Origin: Anolis carolinensis
Taxonomy: Eukaryota
Assembly: GCF_035594765.1 (NCBI RefSeq)
Contig: NC_085846.1
Span: 106,689,190 to 106,753,189, forward strand
Length of the DNA stretch: 64,000 nt
Direction of reading: 5' to 3'
In this document: positions 1 to 14,900 of the stretch, one piece after another
Position numbering within the stretch: the stretch's first letter is position 1
Layout: each line of letters begins with the position of its first letter
Position numbers and translations under genes: made by a program
The notes under the pieces: generated by a model
What the model saw: only the letters and a program-made list of their open reading frames with translations
The model's database searches: none
What the model was told of the DNA's origin: nothing

Positions 1-22
1 CCATGTTACCTATATTGTATAG

Positions 23-220
<198 letters not shown>

Positions 221-716
221 TAATTGGCAAAAGTAATCAGCGCCAGCATTTAAGCTCTCTTTAGTTTGACATACCAGTAATCTTAAATGAGTTTCATACT
301 GTCTGCCCTTCCTGAGTAAAGCAACTCTATTGCTCCCCTTCCCCTGAGAAAAATATGAGAGGGGGCAACATTTGTTATAATTTGTCTCCTGGTCTATTTC
401 CTGGTAGCTTCACATTGTACCGAATGCAATCCCTTAGAGCAGTGCTTCTTAAACTACTGAATTTTGGGAACTGCCATTTTCCCCCAGTGTGCCAGCAACC
501 TCTACCATATTAATGCCCATTGCCTACATATAGTTTGTCCATTCTTTTATGGAAACACTGCAGAGACCAAGCGCTGATAGTTTATGGACTGGCATTTTGC
601 ATGTTATTAAATATATTTGTATTTTGATGTTCTGGAAATCATTTCTATGAAATAGCAGTTGGCATCTTGTACTATCTGTATATTGATAGCTTTACTAACA
701 CAAACATTCATTGTAG

Positions 717-1034
<318 letters not shown>

Positions 1035-1600
1035 CAGCTAGTAGAACATGATGGTCTAAAATAATAGAATAACTTTTAATACTGATCAGTGAAATATTTG
1101 AAACACTAAAAGTTGATTGGGTTGAAATAGGAAGGATGAAGGGAATTTTTCTGTTTATATGTGCTAAGGTAAAGGTCTCCAGCCTTTCACATCTTCAGCA
1201 TATCAGCCAGATTACTGAGTTGCTGTTTGTTGATATACTTACTAGAGGATGAAGCTTGAATATTCACTAGGTCACCAACTATGTCAAAGAGTTGACATGG
1301 CCAGAATCTCTAAGAAGGAGGATTGTTTGTATGACAAGGGATTAGCTGTTCAGAGTGAAGTACAACAAGAGTGTTTAGTTATTCTACCCTAGGTGTCTTT
1401 TTTTCATGAAGCTTTTAACAGTTTATAATATTTTGGATATGGGACAGTCTAAGATACGCAAGTTGATAGGTAAAAATTTTCTAATAGCTTTTTCTTGAAG
1501 TAACTTAACTAGTAATCTTGATGTATGAAGGAAATTTATTTATCATTAAGAAAAAAGGTGCTACTTCAAAACTAGAAATTGTGTCTTACAAACTGTACTT

Positions 1601-1641
1601 ATTAAAAGTGACATAATGCTAATTTAGAGGAGAAAAATAAA
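1601..1641 (+). terminator. Candidate IDI1 polyadenylation signals
   Basis: ATTAAA at 1601-1606 and AATAAA at 1636-1641, about 600 nt after the stop codon. Confidence 0.45.
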
Positions 1642-1874
1642 GTGCTCCTAAATGGAATGAAAAATTGCAGCTATTCATAGGAATTCCACTCTTATTTAGA
1701 GGTGCCTTGAACCCCAAAAACACCCTCTGTGTGCATGAGGCTGGGAAAACTGAATGAAAAGACAAGGTCCCGTTTAGCTCTGCAGCTAGTTTCAATGTCT
1801 ACATTGAGTAAAAATTCCCCAGAGTATGAAACCTTTTTTCTGCTCATACCTTTGTAATTGGAGTATGAATTTTT

Positions 1875-2327
1875 AAATTTATTTTATTTACAGTATTTAT
1901 AGTCCGCCCTTCTCACCCCAAAGGGGACTCAGGGAGGATCACAGTGTACATATACATGGCAAACATTCAATGCCATTAGACATGACATACAGACACAGAG
2001 GCAATTTAACATTTTCCAGCTTCCGATTTCATGAGGGTATGCTCAATTCCGGCCACAGGGAGAGCTGCTGCTTCATCATCCACTGTGACATCAAGTCCTT
2101 GATGCAGTACTTCCTCATTTTTCCACATGCTGTTGGACGTTTTTATGGTGTTGTAAATTAGTTAAATTAGCCTCCCCGCATAAAGAGGTACGTAAATTTT
2201 CTACTTGACAGATGCAACTGTCTTTTGAGTTGCTTAGGTCAACAATGAGCTAGGCTATTAATGGTTGGGCACTCAATCTGACCCGGGCTGGCTTTGAACT
2301 CATGACCTCTTGGTCATGACCACAGCC
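1875..2327 (-). mobile_element. tRNA-derived SINE with L2-type 3' tail (Anolis SINE2-like)
   Basis: Reversed L2 tail (ccgcccttctcaccccaaaggggactcagggaggatcaca) at the left, reversed B-box-like tttgaactcatgacctc at the right; partial second copy at about 19325-19485. Confidence 0.7.
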
Positions 2328-2704
2328 AATTCAGTTAGTAAGCCATGAGACTACTCAAGAGTTCAAGAAGTATATTTAGAAGTGCTAATTTCAAAATAAG
2401 AACATGCCTTGTCAACAATTGAGGGCCTTCTGGGATTTAGAAACTGTTCTGCCTTAGGCTTCCCTAGACATGGCAGTGACCTGTAGTGAGAATGTGTGCT
2501 TATTGCTTTCTCCATAAGCTTAAGAATATTTTAAATTAAACCAGTACAGTTATGAAATGTTCAAAACAAAATACAGACTTATAATAGAGCTGATGTTAAC
2601 CAAATTGAACAGCAAATGCAGTCAGAACCCTTGTAAAGCAGACTTGTCAAACCAATCACTCAATAGGGAAGACAAAAATATCCTTGAAGTTTGAAATATA
2701 TTTT

Positions 2705-2710
2705 TTTATT
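2705..2710 (-). terminator. Candidate GTPBP4 polyadenylation signal
   Basis: AATAAA on the minus strand about 50 nt after the GTPBP4 stop. Confidence 0.6.
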
Positions 2711-2759
2711 TTGAATTAGTAAAAAGCAGTGCCATTTCCTTATTATACCCAGGAGCAAT

Positions 2760-2912
2760 TTATCTTCGTTGTGTTGTGCCAGATTTCCTCTTGCCAGAAA
2801 ATAGATGTTTGGGCTTAAGGTCAAAGACATGTCTGTCTGCTTCACCTTTCTTACCCAACCGATTCATTTTCCTTTGAGCTTTCTTCATCATGGTTTTAGT
2901 TTTCTTCACCAT
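2760..2912 (-). CDS. GTPBP4: GTPBP4 exon 17
   Basis: acatag|ATG acceptor; [50 protein letters not shown]. Confidence 0.96.
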   Translation of the reverse strand: MVKKTKTMMKKAQRKMNRLGKKGEADRHVFDLKPKHLFSGKRKSGTTQRR

Positions 2913-5900
2913 CTATGTAAAAGTAAAATATTGTTCAACTTCCATGCTTATAAAAAACAAAAAATACTGCATCGTTATCTACTAACATTCGCAGACTAAA
3001 TAGAAGGAAGACGAATATTTAAAGTCACAAATGAGAACAGATATATACAAAGTATCCTAGTTATTCACTCTTCTCTAAAGCTGGGCTTGAAGCAGCTAAA
3101 AATTGAATGAGGCAACTCAATTACAAAATATAAAGCGATTGCGTCCTCTGAAATAACAGGCATGTCTTTGCAACATCTGAACATGTATGCACATGCTAAG
3201 CTCTGAAGTCAAAGATCTTACTGCTTATTTCACACCTTGTATATGAATCAAAGCCAATTATACCTCATTTCTTAATCTTTTCTGCCTGTGATCTGACGGT
3301 AATGCTTCCTACAGGTGAACAGGAATATGTGTCCCATTACACCCATAAAAGAGAGGCTGGGATACACTTAGGACCCAGTCTATACCTAGTAACAACAACT
3401 GCTGGTGCTTGATCAGCTAAAGATTACATTTCAGCCACTAAATGCAATCTTGTACATATTTAGTCACAAAAAATCTGTTATATTCAATGGGACTTAGTTT
3501 ATTGTGCAAAAGTGAAAAATGTGTAACCTTCAAGTTCAGCTTAACAACTCCCAGAACTCTTCACCAGTGCCTATGCTGCCTAGGGCTACTGGGAGTTATA
3601 GTATAGCATCAAGACAACCATAATTCCCATCCCTGCTGCAGATTTTATCGCCTCAGGTTGTCAGTCACTGCCATAAGGCTTTACCATTATGTTCCTTAGA
3701 GCAGGACAATACTCTGCCTAAACTCTGCTATTAGTCCCCAACTCAAGTAGAGCAACTGAGTAATTGATTTAGTTGGTTCAATGTAGTTGGGACTAGCCAA
3801 CAAAATCCCAATCATTATGAATAGCAGAGAATCAAATAGAATTTTTCTTCTCTCAAGAAATCAGGAAACATCCTGAAGATGTAATACAAAAATCACAGAA
3901 ATTTTCAAAACTCAAATTCCATTTTCTCTAGTGAATGTTTTAGTACAATTATTCAAATTAAAGCCACAGTTTAGCATAGGAATAAGCAATCTATGGCCTC
4001 CCAACAAACAATGTTTCTCCCTTTGTACCGTGACATGAACACGAATTTTTTACAGATTGCTATTTCCCAAATATTACTAGCAGTGATTGAGAGGTCTGAA
4101 GAGATGGTTACTTTCACTTAGTTCAGAAAAAACTGGGGCATGCATGTGCTCACATTTGTATGTCCATGTACCCCAAAGCTAGTATAAACATGTAGATTTT
4201 CAGGGTTAGAAAGATCGTTCAGTCCTACATTAGAACAGCAGTTAACACATTTTTTGAAAATAATTCTCACACTGCAATAACACATCCCAGCTTCTGCTTA
4301 ATTACAATAGCACAAGATGCCTATTTGTAATTCCAAATGAAATCTTACTAGTGTAAATAAACTGAAACAAACCTTTGCATCTCGAAGACCAGATACATCT
4401 CGAGGCGTACGGGATGAGCTGCGACTTCGTGTTAAAGATGTTGGTGTCACAGATTCTTCTCGTTTGCGCTTACGGGTAACACTCCGAGATCTGCTTGACT
4501 CGGTGACATAATGTGCCTAAATATCGAGACAGCCCAATGAGATGTCTGCATCTTCTAAATTATATGCTCAGCAGATCAGACACAATTGCCAAGGCAGTTA
4601 TTCTGACTTTTGATAGAAAAAGCAAGACATTATAATGACAAACTCTACTGTCCCTTAAACAACCAGGATTTCATTTAAATGTAAGATGAGCCATGCTAGA
4701 TGAGAAAGGCAGATATCACCTAGCTTCTTGTTTCACAGTTGTCATTCTGAGATGAAAAGCAATAGCTCTAGGCTCTGGCCTCTGTAGTTTGTATTCAGCG
4801 GCATGGCAGTTCTAATCCAGGGATTAGTGTACAGAAATTATCAACTGGTAGACTTATCCTCCCATTAATTGATATGGTTTACCTCTGTAAAGCTATTTGA
4901 CAATTTCACAATTTACCTTTTGGCTGCCCACTGTTTGGAACGACTCCACACTTTAGTGTTGTGGGAAGCAGGAAAACATCTCCCTAATCTCTATGTCATA
5001 AATAATGCTCCACATCTTTATTATAGCTACCCTTAGTGATTTTTTCCTAACTAAATAGCTTCCTTCTTATCCAAGTATTAATCTATTCCCTTGACATGGC
5101 TCTATTTCCAACTGCAGAAAATGGAAGCAGGACAATAAAAATGAGAAATAGTAAAAGCACTGCTTATAGAAATCAAAACCTGAAAAGTAGTAAGAAAAAG
5201 AATTGGAACTTACATCATTTTTGCCAGTCATGTCTAGCCCAAGATCAGTCATCTCTTTCTCCAATGCCTTGCGTTGAACCTGAAGCCACAAAGAATTCGT
5301 TATATTTCTAATAATGAACTAGATTTTAAAAATAAATAAATAAATGGCAACTGGAAAAAGTTGGGAAGTAGCCCAGTAAGAAAATCCTACATCGACAATT
5401 ATATCTCTCCACCCCTGACCATTGCCCTATTCCATCCTGTGATTTTGCATAGGCCAAACTGCAGGTAACCTTATATTGAGTGGGAATCATGTCCTTCCAG
5501 ATGTTTTTATGCCATTCCCAGCATTCCTCACCATTATGTTGAATGGGGATGTTGGGAATTACAGTCATACAGACATGACAAGGCCATAATTCCCATGCTG
5601 ACTGATATGTTTGAAAACATTTAAAAATCTTCCTAGGAGGCACCTATTCTTTTCATTTTATTTATGTATTTATACCCCGCCCTTCCCACCCCAGAGGGGG
5701 ACTCAGAGGAGTTTACAAGTTCATTCTGACTCATTAGCAGGCCTATCATTGCCTCTGGACATAATTTTTTTCCTCTTTGGTTTATCTGGCATTCCTCACC
5801 ATGGCAACATAAATAACTGAATATGTAAACCTGAGCAGTACTTAATCCCTCAACCAGAATCATGTCTCAACAGAGTAAGTTAAACTTGCCTTTCTAGCTG

Positions 5901-8900
5901 TTCTAGGCATCTTGGGCCCTTGTGTATCTTTCTCTTTGGACTCCAGGATCTTCAGTTTCTTTTTCTCTCGAATCTGTTGGGCCAGCTCTCTAATTTCTTT
6001 CATTTCCTCATCTTCACTTTCTGAATCGTTGTCGTATTCTCCAGCTGCTTGCCTTAGCTCCTCTTCCTTCTCCAGCTCTTCCAGTTTCTTTGAAGAGTTA
6101 AAACATAATGCATTAGAATCTTTTAAGACAATGTGCATTCTTAACCGTTTCTTCACCATATATACTTTCACTATGGCCTTTGAGCAAGTTCATACTCATC
6201 AGACTGATTCCCCTATTATAGTTCTCACATCTCGAGCCAAATAGAGGCATAAGCAGAATCCTTGATAATGAAGAAAGGAACAGCAAGATTTTCAACCGAC
6301 TGGCTTTTTGCTATCCTTGGTAATAAATGGCGTGGTAAGTACTCATGCCCTCAACAGAGAACAAGTAAGAAATGCACAGATTGAAAACTTACAAATGATA
6401 AACCTAATGACATGCAGCAAAGCATAAAAGCATACAGTAGCGCTTACCTTCATGATATCTGGATCAATATAGTCAGCAATGTTATGACCTTGCCATACTT
6501 CAGGTATTACATCATATTTTTCAGATGGATTCATTAGATCCCAATATTCTAGAACAAAAAAGCACCAAAAGGCAAATATACTATTACTCTGTGCTGATCT
6601 AAAGATCTTCCAGTTTACAAATGAGCAACCAGAACATGGGAGAAACTATTTACACCCTATAATAAAATACAGCAAATTGATGACACTGGCAAGTGGTCAT
6701 CAATTTGCTGTATCTGATATAGGTTGGTAGCCATCCCTGAACCACAGGATGCATTGAAATACTACAAAAGAAAGGAGTGGGGATTGTTTTATTATGACCC
6801 AATACTCCCCATTTAAAAAGACTAAGGCCCCTTCTACACTGCAATATAATCCAGATTATTAAAGCAGGTACTCCACATTATCTGCTTTGAACTGGAATAT
6901 ATGAGTCTACACTGCCATATAATCCAGTTCAAAGCAGATAATATGGATTTTGTGTGGCAATGCCTAAGGAAACAGATTTTATGCACACTAACAGAGTTCT
7001 CTATTGAACTTGTAAACCTAAGAATTCCGATCTTAGGATGCTTTTCATGTTTCAACACAGATGCCTACCTGCAATTAGGAAACCATTCTCAATTAACATT
7101 TAGAAGGGAATATTAACATAGCTCAACAGAAGAACATCAAAGATTACAGATACAATCTGAAGTTTTCAATGAGTTGCAGATTTCTGCTGCTGCTGCCAGA
7201 AAAAGAAAGCAAACAGTGCAATCCTATATATGTCTACTTAGATATAGTTCAATAAGACTTCTTCCCAGGCCAGTATGCATATGATTTGCAGCCTAACTCC
7301 AGTTAAGCTTCTAAATGTTAAGATTACTGTTGCCACTTACTCTTAAGATCCAAAATATAGTCCTCGCCCATTTCCATTTCAATATCTTTCTCCTGCAAAC
7401 AAACACACATAATTAATAAAGGCCTTCCTTATATATTGTTCACAAGAACTTTGCTATTATTCCCCTAAGAGATATACTTACCAATTTCTTTTTAGGCACA
7501 TCAACTTCCATACGTTTTTTGCGCATCAAGGCACCCTCTGGTATACAAGGAGGTCTTTCCTAAGATTTAAGAATGAGAACAGATTATGCTCAAGAAACCA
7601 CATTCTGCTTTTTGTCCTAACACAGAACAAGCAATGGCCAGGCAGCATAGCATTTATCATAATGTGAAAAGAGAATGAATTCATTACATTGCATACACAA
7701 TAAAGAGATTATAATGGGCAGCAAATCATAAACCAACCTTGCTGTCTCTTTTGGTTGGAACAGCTAAATGAAGCCTGTTCAGTATATCGTTCACCTTGTT
7801 TCCTTTCATTTTGGTATCAACACGATGGGCCAACAATCTGTCGCAAGCCTGGAAAAGACACAAAATCTTTAATTTAAAACATGCTGATAAAACACATGAA
7901 TAAAGGCCCTGCACATTTTTTTTATGGGAGGAAAAACTCAGTCAAGGAAGCCACAGCTCTGAGTTACATTCATATTTCAGGGAAAGAAGTGGAAATATAA
8001 AGTGTGGGGTAAGATTCCTTTCCCGAGGAGTGATTGGGCTTTGTATACATTTCAGGGAAACAAAAGGGGGAGTTTAAAAGGAAGGTGTGGAAATATGGAC
8101 TGTCCTCCAAAAGTGACTAATACTGGATTATTGTGCAAACAGGGCAATAGTTAAAATCCTTAATAGCAACGACCCCTGAAGGACACATCAAAAGAGGTGC
8201 CTTGCAGCTTGCTGCACCATAGGTTTGGAAGCTTATATTAATTTGTCATCATCTCCTCATGTGGGCTGATTAACAGCCACATGACTCTAGCAAGTTAAAA
8301 CCTGCCTCAAATGAGCAGGTAGGGAAGAACAGAATATGAGACAAACAATGGGACAATTGTCAGAGACTGGCTAGTAAAAACAAAACAAAACATGTAGGTC
8401 AGGAACTTGTATTACTTTTTCCTAATGCCTAGCAGCAGAGGTTTATTAGAATTACAGTATAGGGAACTATCAGCAGAGTCCACAGTTATGTATTCAACTT
8501 GTACCTCGCTTTCCTGCCAAAACATGGTACTTGAACTTACATTATGTTATCTTTGTAGAGATTAGATATAACACTTATCAAATAAGCATGGGAAACAGTC
8601 TTCATGTATCTAAATGAAGGACTGGTTAGGTATTATACAATTGTCCGAGACTGAGCGTTGCATATCATGTCCAAAAACCCTCTCTCCTCATTAAGTTCAA
8701 ACAAAATGAACACTTACTTCTGTTTTGACTTGAATAACCCCTTCTTCTGTGAGGGTGCTTGTCTCTATTACAGGGAATCCATCTGCTTCTAAATCAGCAA
8801 ACATTTTCTAAAACGTGACAGACAAACAAAAACAAATTCAACCCATAAATACAATTCCTACAAAAAAATTTAAATTATTTTCATAGAATGGAAATGACGA

Positions 8901-11900
8901 ATATTCCATTAGAATGGTTGGGAGCCAATATGAAATAAACAATAACATACAGACCATGACAAAAGCTCCTTATATGCTCTGTTGTGTATTAGTATTTGCA
9001 AATTTATTAAAAAATGTTGTAGTATTATGTGAAAAAGTTGAAATGTAGTGTATTCAGCCCAAAATAGACTGCTTACTATTCTACAATTTGCTCAAAACAT
9101 GAAACATGCATGCCATAGACTGATACTGTAACTGCTTAAAGAAGCAGATTTTCTGCAGGACCAAATATGAGAAATGAGAGAAGTCACAAATAAAGATAAA
9201 ACTTCAAGTTAGTGTGTGGAAGCTGACCGGAGCCCATGCTCAGATTGTAGCTGGGAATGAATCTATTCTGCAATCAGACAGTATTACATGCAAAATAGAA
9301 ATAGTTTATCTCTTGTTTTAATATGTTCTACTATGCCTCAAACTGCAGGAAGAGGCAGGTGACATGATGATTATTACTATTATTATTATTATTATGTTCC
9401 TGTGCAAACGTCCTACCTGCTTTTCCTCAGAAAGCTCGGAAATCCTCTTCACATCACATTTATTTGCCACAATTATTAGAGGCTAAAGATGGAGAGAAAG
9501 AAAACAAATACGGAACTAAGCATCTAGATCAGAATTTAAATCAAATTAAAATTATTCAGCTGAAATAGTAAAATCCTCACTCACTTTATTGGCAAAGAGT
9601 GGCTTAATGTTCCCAAAGAGTTCAAGTTGCTCTTCCAAACTGTGCCCACACTGTTCAGATATGTCCATGACAAACAGCACAGCAGAACGAAGATGGGCAA
9701 GGGCTGTTATTGCCTGCATCTCAATGGTGTTTCTTTCTTCCAGGGGATGATCCAAAATACCAGGGGTATCTACTACCTGCAATGAAGACAGGAGGAATTA
9801 AAGTCTTCTGAACTCACATACATTGCTAAATCATGAATTATATATGGGCATGGCCCGGGAAAATATATAGTGCTACCTGCAAGGACATTTACACTGAAGC
9901 TTTTAACCCATACTTAGTAACAGGACTGCTAAAATAAATGTATACAGTATTAATCATGTCCAAAATACAACAAAAGGTTGGTTTCTTGCTCCTACAACAA
10001 GATACAATAGTATTGATTGTTCCTATTCTGAATTTAATGGAACTTACTTCCTAATAACTGTGCAAAGCATAAGACTGCCAATATCCAGCATATATGTTCA
10101 GTTAGAGTAATTGAAGCAAGTAAACCGATCTCTATAACTCTTCATAATATAACAAATGACTCTAAGGCACTGGGCTCACAAAGCAGGAAGGCACTATTGT
10201 TTCAGTGAAAGATTTAATGCATCTTTAAAGCCAATGGTACAAAAAGGATGCATGAAACTAGAGGATAAGGCTATGAAGCTGTAGTAACGGTACAGCTATC
10301 TAAACTGATTTCTTGGAGTATTAACTCCTAGCCCAAAAGCTTCAAATAGTCAAATGTTTCCTATACTATTGTACAACGTTTAATTGTTTCTCCACATCCC
10401 TCAAGCCTGGAAACCTTATAACTACTCATATGTCTAGACTCCTCTTGCTGCTGCTATTTGTACAGTTAATTTAGAGGAATAATGGATAACTCAAGTAGCA
10501 GGCAACTGAGAATAGTGGTCGGTTGATTCTGAGAGATATCAATTAATTAGATTTTCCATCGAAACAGTGGTAGGTCTGACCAGCCAAAATGGAAAAGTCA
10601 TGCCTGTATGAAAGCCCCATTGCAGTAGGAGTCCCAACTGGCCACTGGGCTTTGGCAACTACAACCTGGGAAATTACCTTTTAGGATAGCGATCCCATGA
10701 TCTCCATTGGTTGAGAGGTGCTAGCCATGCTAACTGGGGAAATAATGGCAGTAGCAGCCCAAGGAAGTAAATTTTCCAAGATTTGATTGAAAATGGGAGT
10801 GCGGTCAAAATTATAACTGAATTTCTAATCTTTGCATAAGTGAGGCACAGTGTCTCCAGAGCTAACTGCATTACCCAGCATACAGTATATAGATTTCCAA
10901 TGTGCAGTGAACTAGTCCAGATTATAAAATGCAATCCCATGTACTGTTGTGAAAAAATAAGATTATTCTGAATAAATTGCTTGAGTGAAAGACCTTACCT
11001 GCCAACGCAGATATTTGTAATCCATGTGTCCCACAAAAAGAGATTTTGTGGTGAAGGCATATGGTTGCACTTCTACATCTGCTCTTGTCACCTTAAAAAC
11101 AAAAACCTCTTGGTTACAATGTCTCTATTTTGAAAATCGCTTTTTCAAAAGACATATTACAACTTAAATGACAAGTGTTTCAGAACCGGTGTGATTTAAA
11201 CATACTTATTTTATGGGACAATGGGCAGAAAAAAAGGCAAGAAAAATGCTTTCTTTTTGCTTTGCTTTTTTTACAAAGACAAAAATATAAAAGAGAAACT
11301 AAATATATATCTTAGCATCTCTTTAGCAGCCGAAATATTTAAAATATCTATTCTCACATTAAAATTTCAAACTAGTCTCAATTCAACTGAGACTGTTATC
11401 ATAAACATATTTAGGAGGACATAACTGCCACTAAAGTCAGTAGGATTTACCTACTTTATACATGTTTAGGGTTTGCACTGTAATTTAAACAAATCCACAC
11501 ACCTTATTTATAAAGCTGGATTTTCCAACATTTGGGTATCCGCACAAGAGAAGAGTCCTTGTATTAGGGTCAATGGTTGGCAATCGGGATAGATGTTGAC
11601 GCACTGGAAGAAAACATTTTTTAAGAGAACATTTAGAAAAGGAAACAAACAGAGCTGCAGTAAACCTTTTGTGCAGTACTGGTCATTTAGCAATTATGTA
11701 AATAATAACAACAACGATGCAGCTAATTTTGTAACACTGATCCATAGCAATCCTTAGTCAAAAGTCTACTCTTTTTCATTGGTTGTCTGATTTATGTATC
11801 AACATTTTCTCATTTAAAATAACTGTATGCATTCTGATTACAATGTTCCAACATTTTACACTGTAATTTACTGCTGATTTTTTCAGGGAGTGGAAGTATT

Positions 11901-14900
11901 CTACATGGGATTAAGTATTTTGACACTCCTTACTTCCGTCCTTTTAAAATCTAGCTTCCAACTTTCTTTATTTAAGAACAAACTCTGGAGAAAATTTGAG
12001 ATGTTGTGGATCTCTCACAGTGTTGCAATTCCCTTCATTGTGAATGAGCAGTGAGTTTGCTGAAGAGATGACTGAAAAGTTGAAAGAGAAAAGGACTACA
12101 ACAGAGTTTTGTGTGGCCTACAAACAAATGTTCCTATTACAATGCTTCTGATATAAGTGACTCTACCATTAGAATACACACCACATTTCTTCTAGAGTTA
12201 ATTTTCTAATGTCAGGGTGATGCAGTTGTTGGTATCAAAGGGATAAACTTTCTCTCAGCCAAACCAACCATACTGTTGTGAAAATGAAATGGAGAAAGGC
12301 CTCATATATCAGTCCAAATTTTTTGAAAGGCAGAATAATAGTAACAACAGTAACTCTTCTGCTGCTACATCTGATGTACTCCACCTTGTTCTAAGTATTC
12401 CAGGCTCTGTTTCTGTCTTTTGATTATCGTACACATCCGTCCCAATGCTGCGCGCTTCAGCTGTTTGCATCGATAAAGCGAATCGCCATATTTCATAAGC
12501 CGCACATAATCTTTGGCAACACTGCATTACAGAAACAGAGATCAAATTTATTATCAGTACTAAAAAAAACATGAAGCTTGTTACTCTTTCCCATCCACAA
12601 ATATATGAGCTCAGAGATGAGGTTTTGGCAGGGGAAGAGAAAGGGATACGTTCTGAAGAAAATGCAGATCTTCTATGAATCAATTCCTTAATACCTCCCA
12701 GCAGAAGATCTTATAAAATTTTCAGCACAATGTACATGAATACTAGTCTAGTTGTGATGGCCCAAGAATACAGTAGTACAAATGGGCACCATGGGTTTGA
12801 CGCCTGGTGTTATGTAATGGTAAGATACTCCTCACCAACCAAACCAATTAAAAAGTGGTGGATGTGCTTATGGGCTGAATGATCACACTCAGACACCACC
12901 ACCACCATCCCTGAAAAAAACACAACCCCTTGTATGATTTTTAAATTAGCGCCATGCCTCAACAGGATTACAAACAAGGATGCTATCTATAAATGGATGA
13001 AGCATTTGAACAAAAATTGCAGTCTTACTTGTCAATCAGATTTTTAGCAATATTAATTTGTCCCAAAGCCAGCTTATAATGATCTTTGTCATAAAGAACG
13101 TTCATCAAATCAGCATAAAATGGATGGATGTCCTGGGGGGAAAACAAATATATATTTAGTGTTTTATCCAGATAAATAAAATATAAAATGTTTGTAAAAT
13201 AATCTTGGGTATAAATCCTCCCCAGCAAAAGTCTCAGGTGTTTGACCATTACTGGGTAATACGGTCAGGACTGAAAGAGTTGTAAAACTAGTTCTGTGAG
13301 TCTCAGGGGGAACCAGAGTTGTTTTTTTCCAATTGGATCCCAACTGTTCTATAGTAGGGGGAAATTCAAAAAGCACATTGTAATATGGCATGAGCATTAG
13401 CTCTTCAGTGAATTAGAGTTAAATATATTCACTAGGTTAACATAAGGCTCCTGTTAGACCTAAAGCAGCTGTCTTATTCCCAGCTATGCTTATGGCAACT
13501 GTTTCATAGCACCCAGCAAAACTGGTAAATACTTTCCATATTAATGAAGTAAAACAAAGAAACACTTCTCTCTAACTTTTAAGTCTTTTATCTCAATGTA
13601 ATACTGTTTTGGAGCAAAAGCCACGATCAGAAAGAAGAATGGTTAAGATCCATGGTCTGTATTCCTCTCTCCCTAAGCAGACTTTTCTCCTGCTGTCCTT
13701 GCACCTGTTGACCAGGGCATACTGTTATCCTGTGCCATTTTATTAATAGGAACTTGATCATCTGCTTTTTTGGAATCTGTGCAGGGTCCTGGAACCAAAC
13801 TTCCACAGATACCAAGGGCTCACTGTATATTTCAGGACTAAAAAGCCCCAAGTTATTCAGAGTATACAAGCCTGCACTTAAATAACACTTTGTGGTACAC
13901 TGACAACCATAAAACAAACTTACATCTAGCTTTGGGAAATCCATTATGATCTGGGTGAGTCTGTCATGGTAATTTTGTTGGGTGTATTTTACTTTCCTCA
14001 TGTAGAAATGACGAATGCGGTGAATTTGGTAATGTTTATGGATAACCGTAGGCGTTTTTCGCTGTGTCTTGGACAACGTAAGGTCTATGAAGTCCTGCAA
14101 TTGAAAAACAAACAGCAATCAACAATTAAGAATAAACAATATTTTCAGATAAGGGATGCTCAACTTATAATGAGTTGCCCAGTCCCTCTAAGTTAGTGGT
14201 TCTCGACCTGTGGGTCCCCAGGTGTTTTGGGATGAAGAAAAGTACTCATTATTGATGATGATGATGAGGTTATCGTTGTCTTAAAATCCTTTGGAGTGCC
14301 TTCCACTGCCACTGTGCAGTTACTGAACCATGCGCAGATGCAGTAGGTTAGGACACTCTCAATAGCACAGTGGTAGAAAGTCACCAGTAGTTTTTCATTC
14401 AGTTGTTGGTTCCTTAGGAGTCTCATATAGTACAGTCTCTGTTGGGCCCTCTTAACCAATACTGCCGTGTGGGTGCCCCAAGTCAGATCCTCCTTAACAA
14501 CCAGGAAACTAAAACTGTGCACCCGCTTCACTTGGTCTCTATTTATAACCAAGGGCTGGATTTCTGGTCTGTTCTTTCTTTAGTCCACTATAAGCTCGAT
14601 TTTATTGATATTAAGAACCAGATTATTGTCCCTGAATCCACCTCATCCTGATAGACAGGCTCAACCCTTCAGAGATAAGCTCCACCAAAGTTGTATCATC
14701 TGAGAATTAGGTGATGATATTGCTATGGTGGACAAGGGTACAATCATGTATGTACAAACTGTAAAGCAAAAGACTCAACACACGACATACCTGTGACATC
14801 CCAGTGTTGAGAGTGAGAGCTGATGTGGTATGGTGAACTAATCTAACCCTCTGGGAATTCCAGACAAAAAGTCCATAATCCAGAAACAGATTGACAATGA

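Noticed and set aside
5912-6244. 110-aa plus-strand ORF
   Set aside because: Antisense shadow of the Glu/Lys-rich GTPBP4 exon 14.
10674-10940. Minus-strand ORF ending at an AAG|gtaatt donor in GTPBP4 intron 6 (possible poison exon)
   Set aside because: No convincing acceptor identified and no conservation evidence; exons 6 and 7 join in frame without it.
2913-13923. Intronic snoRNAs in a ribosome-biogenesis gene
   Set aside because: I found no suitably spaced C-box/D-box pair with a terminal stem by eye; H/ACA RNAs cannot be excluded without snoReport or Infernal.
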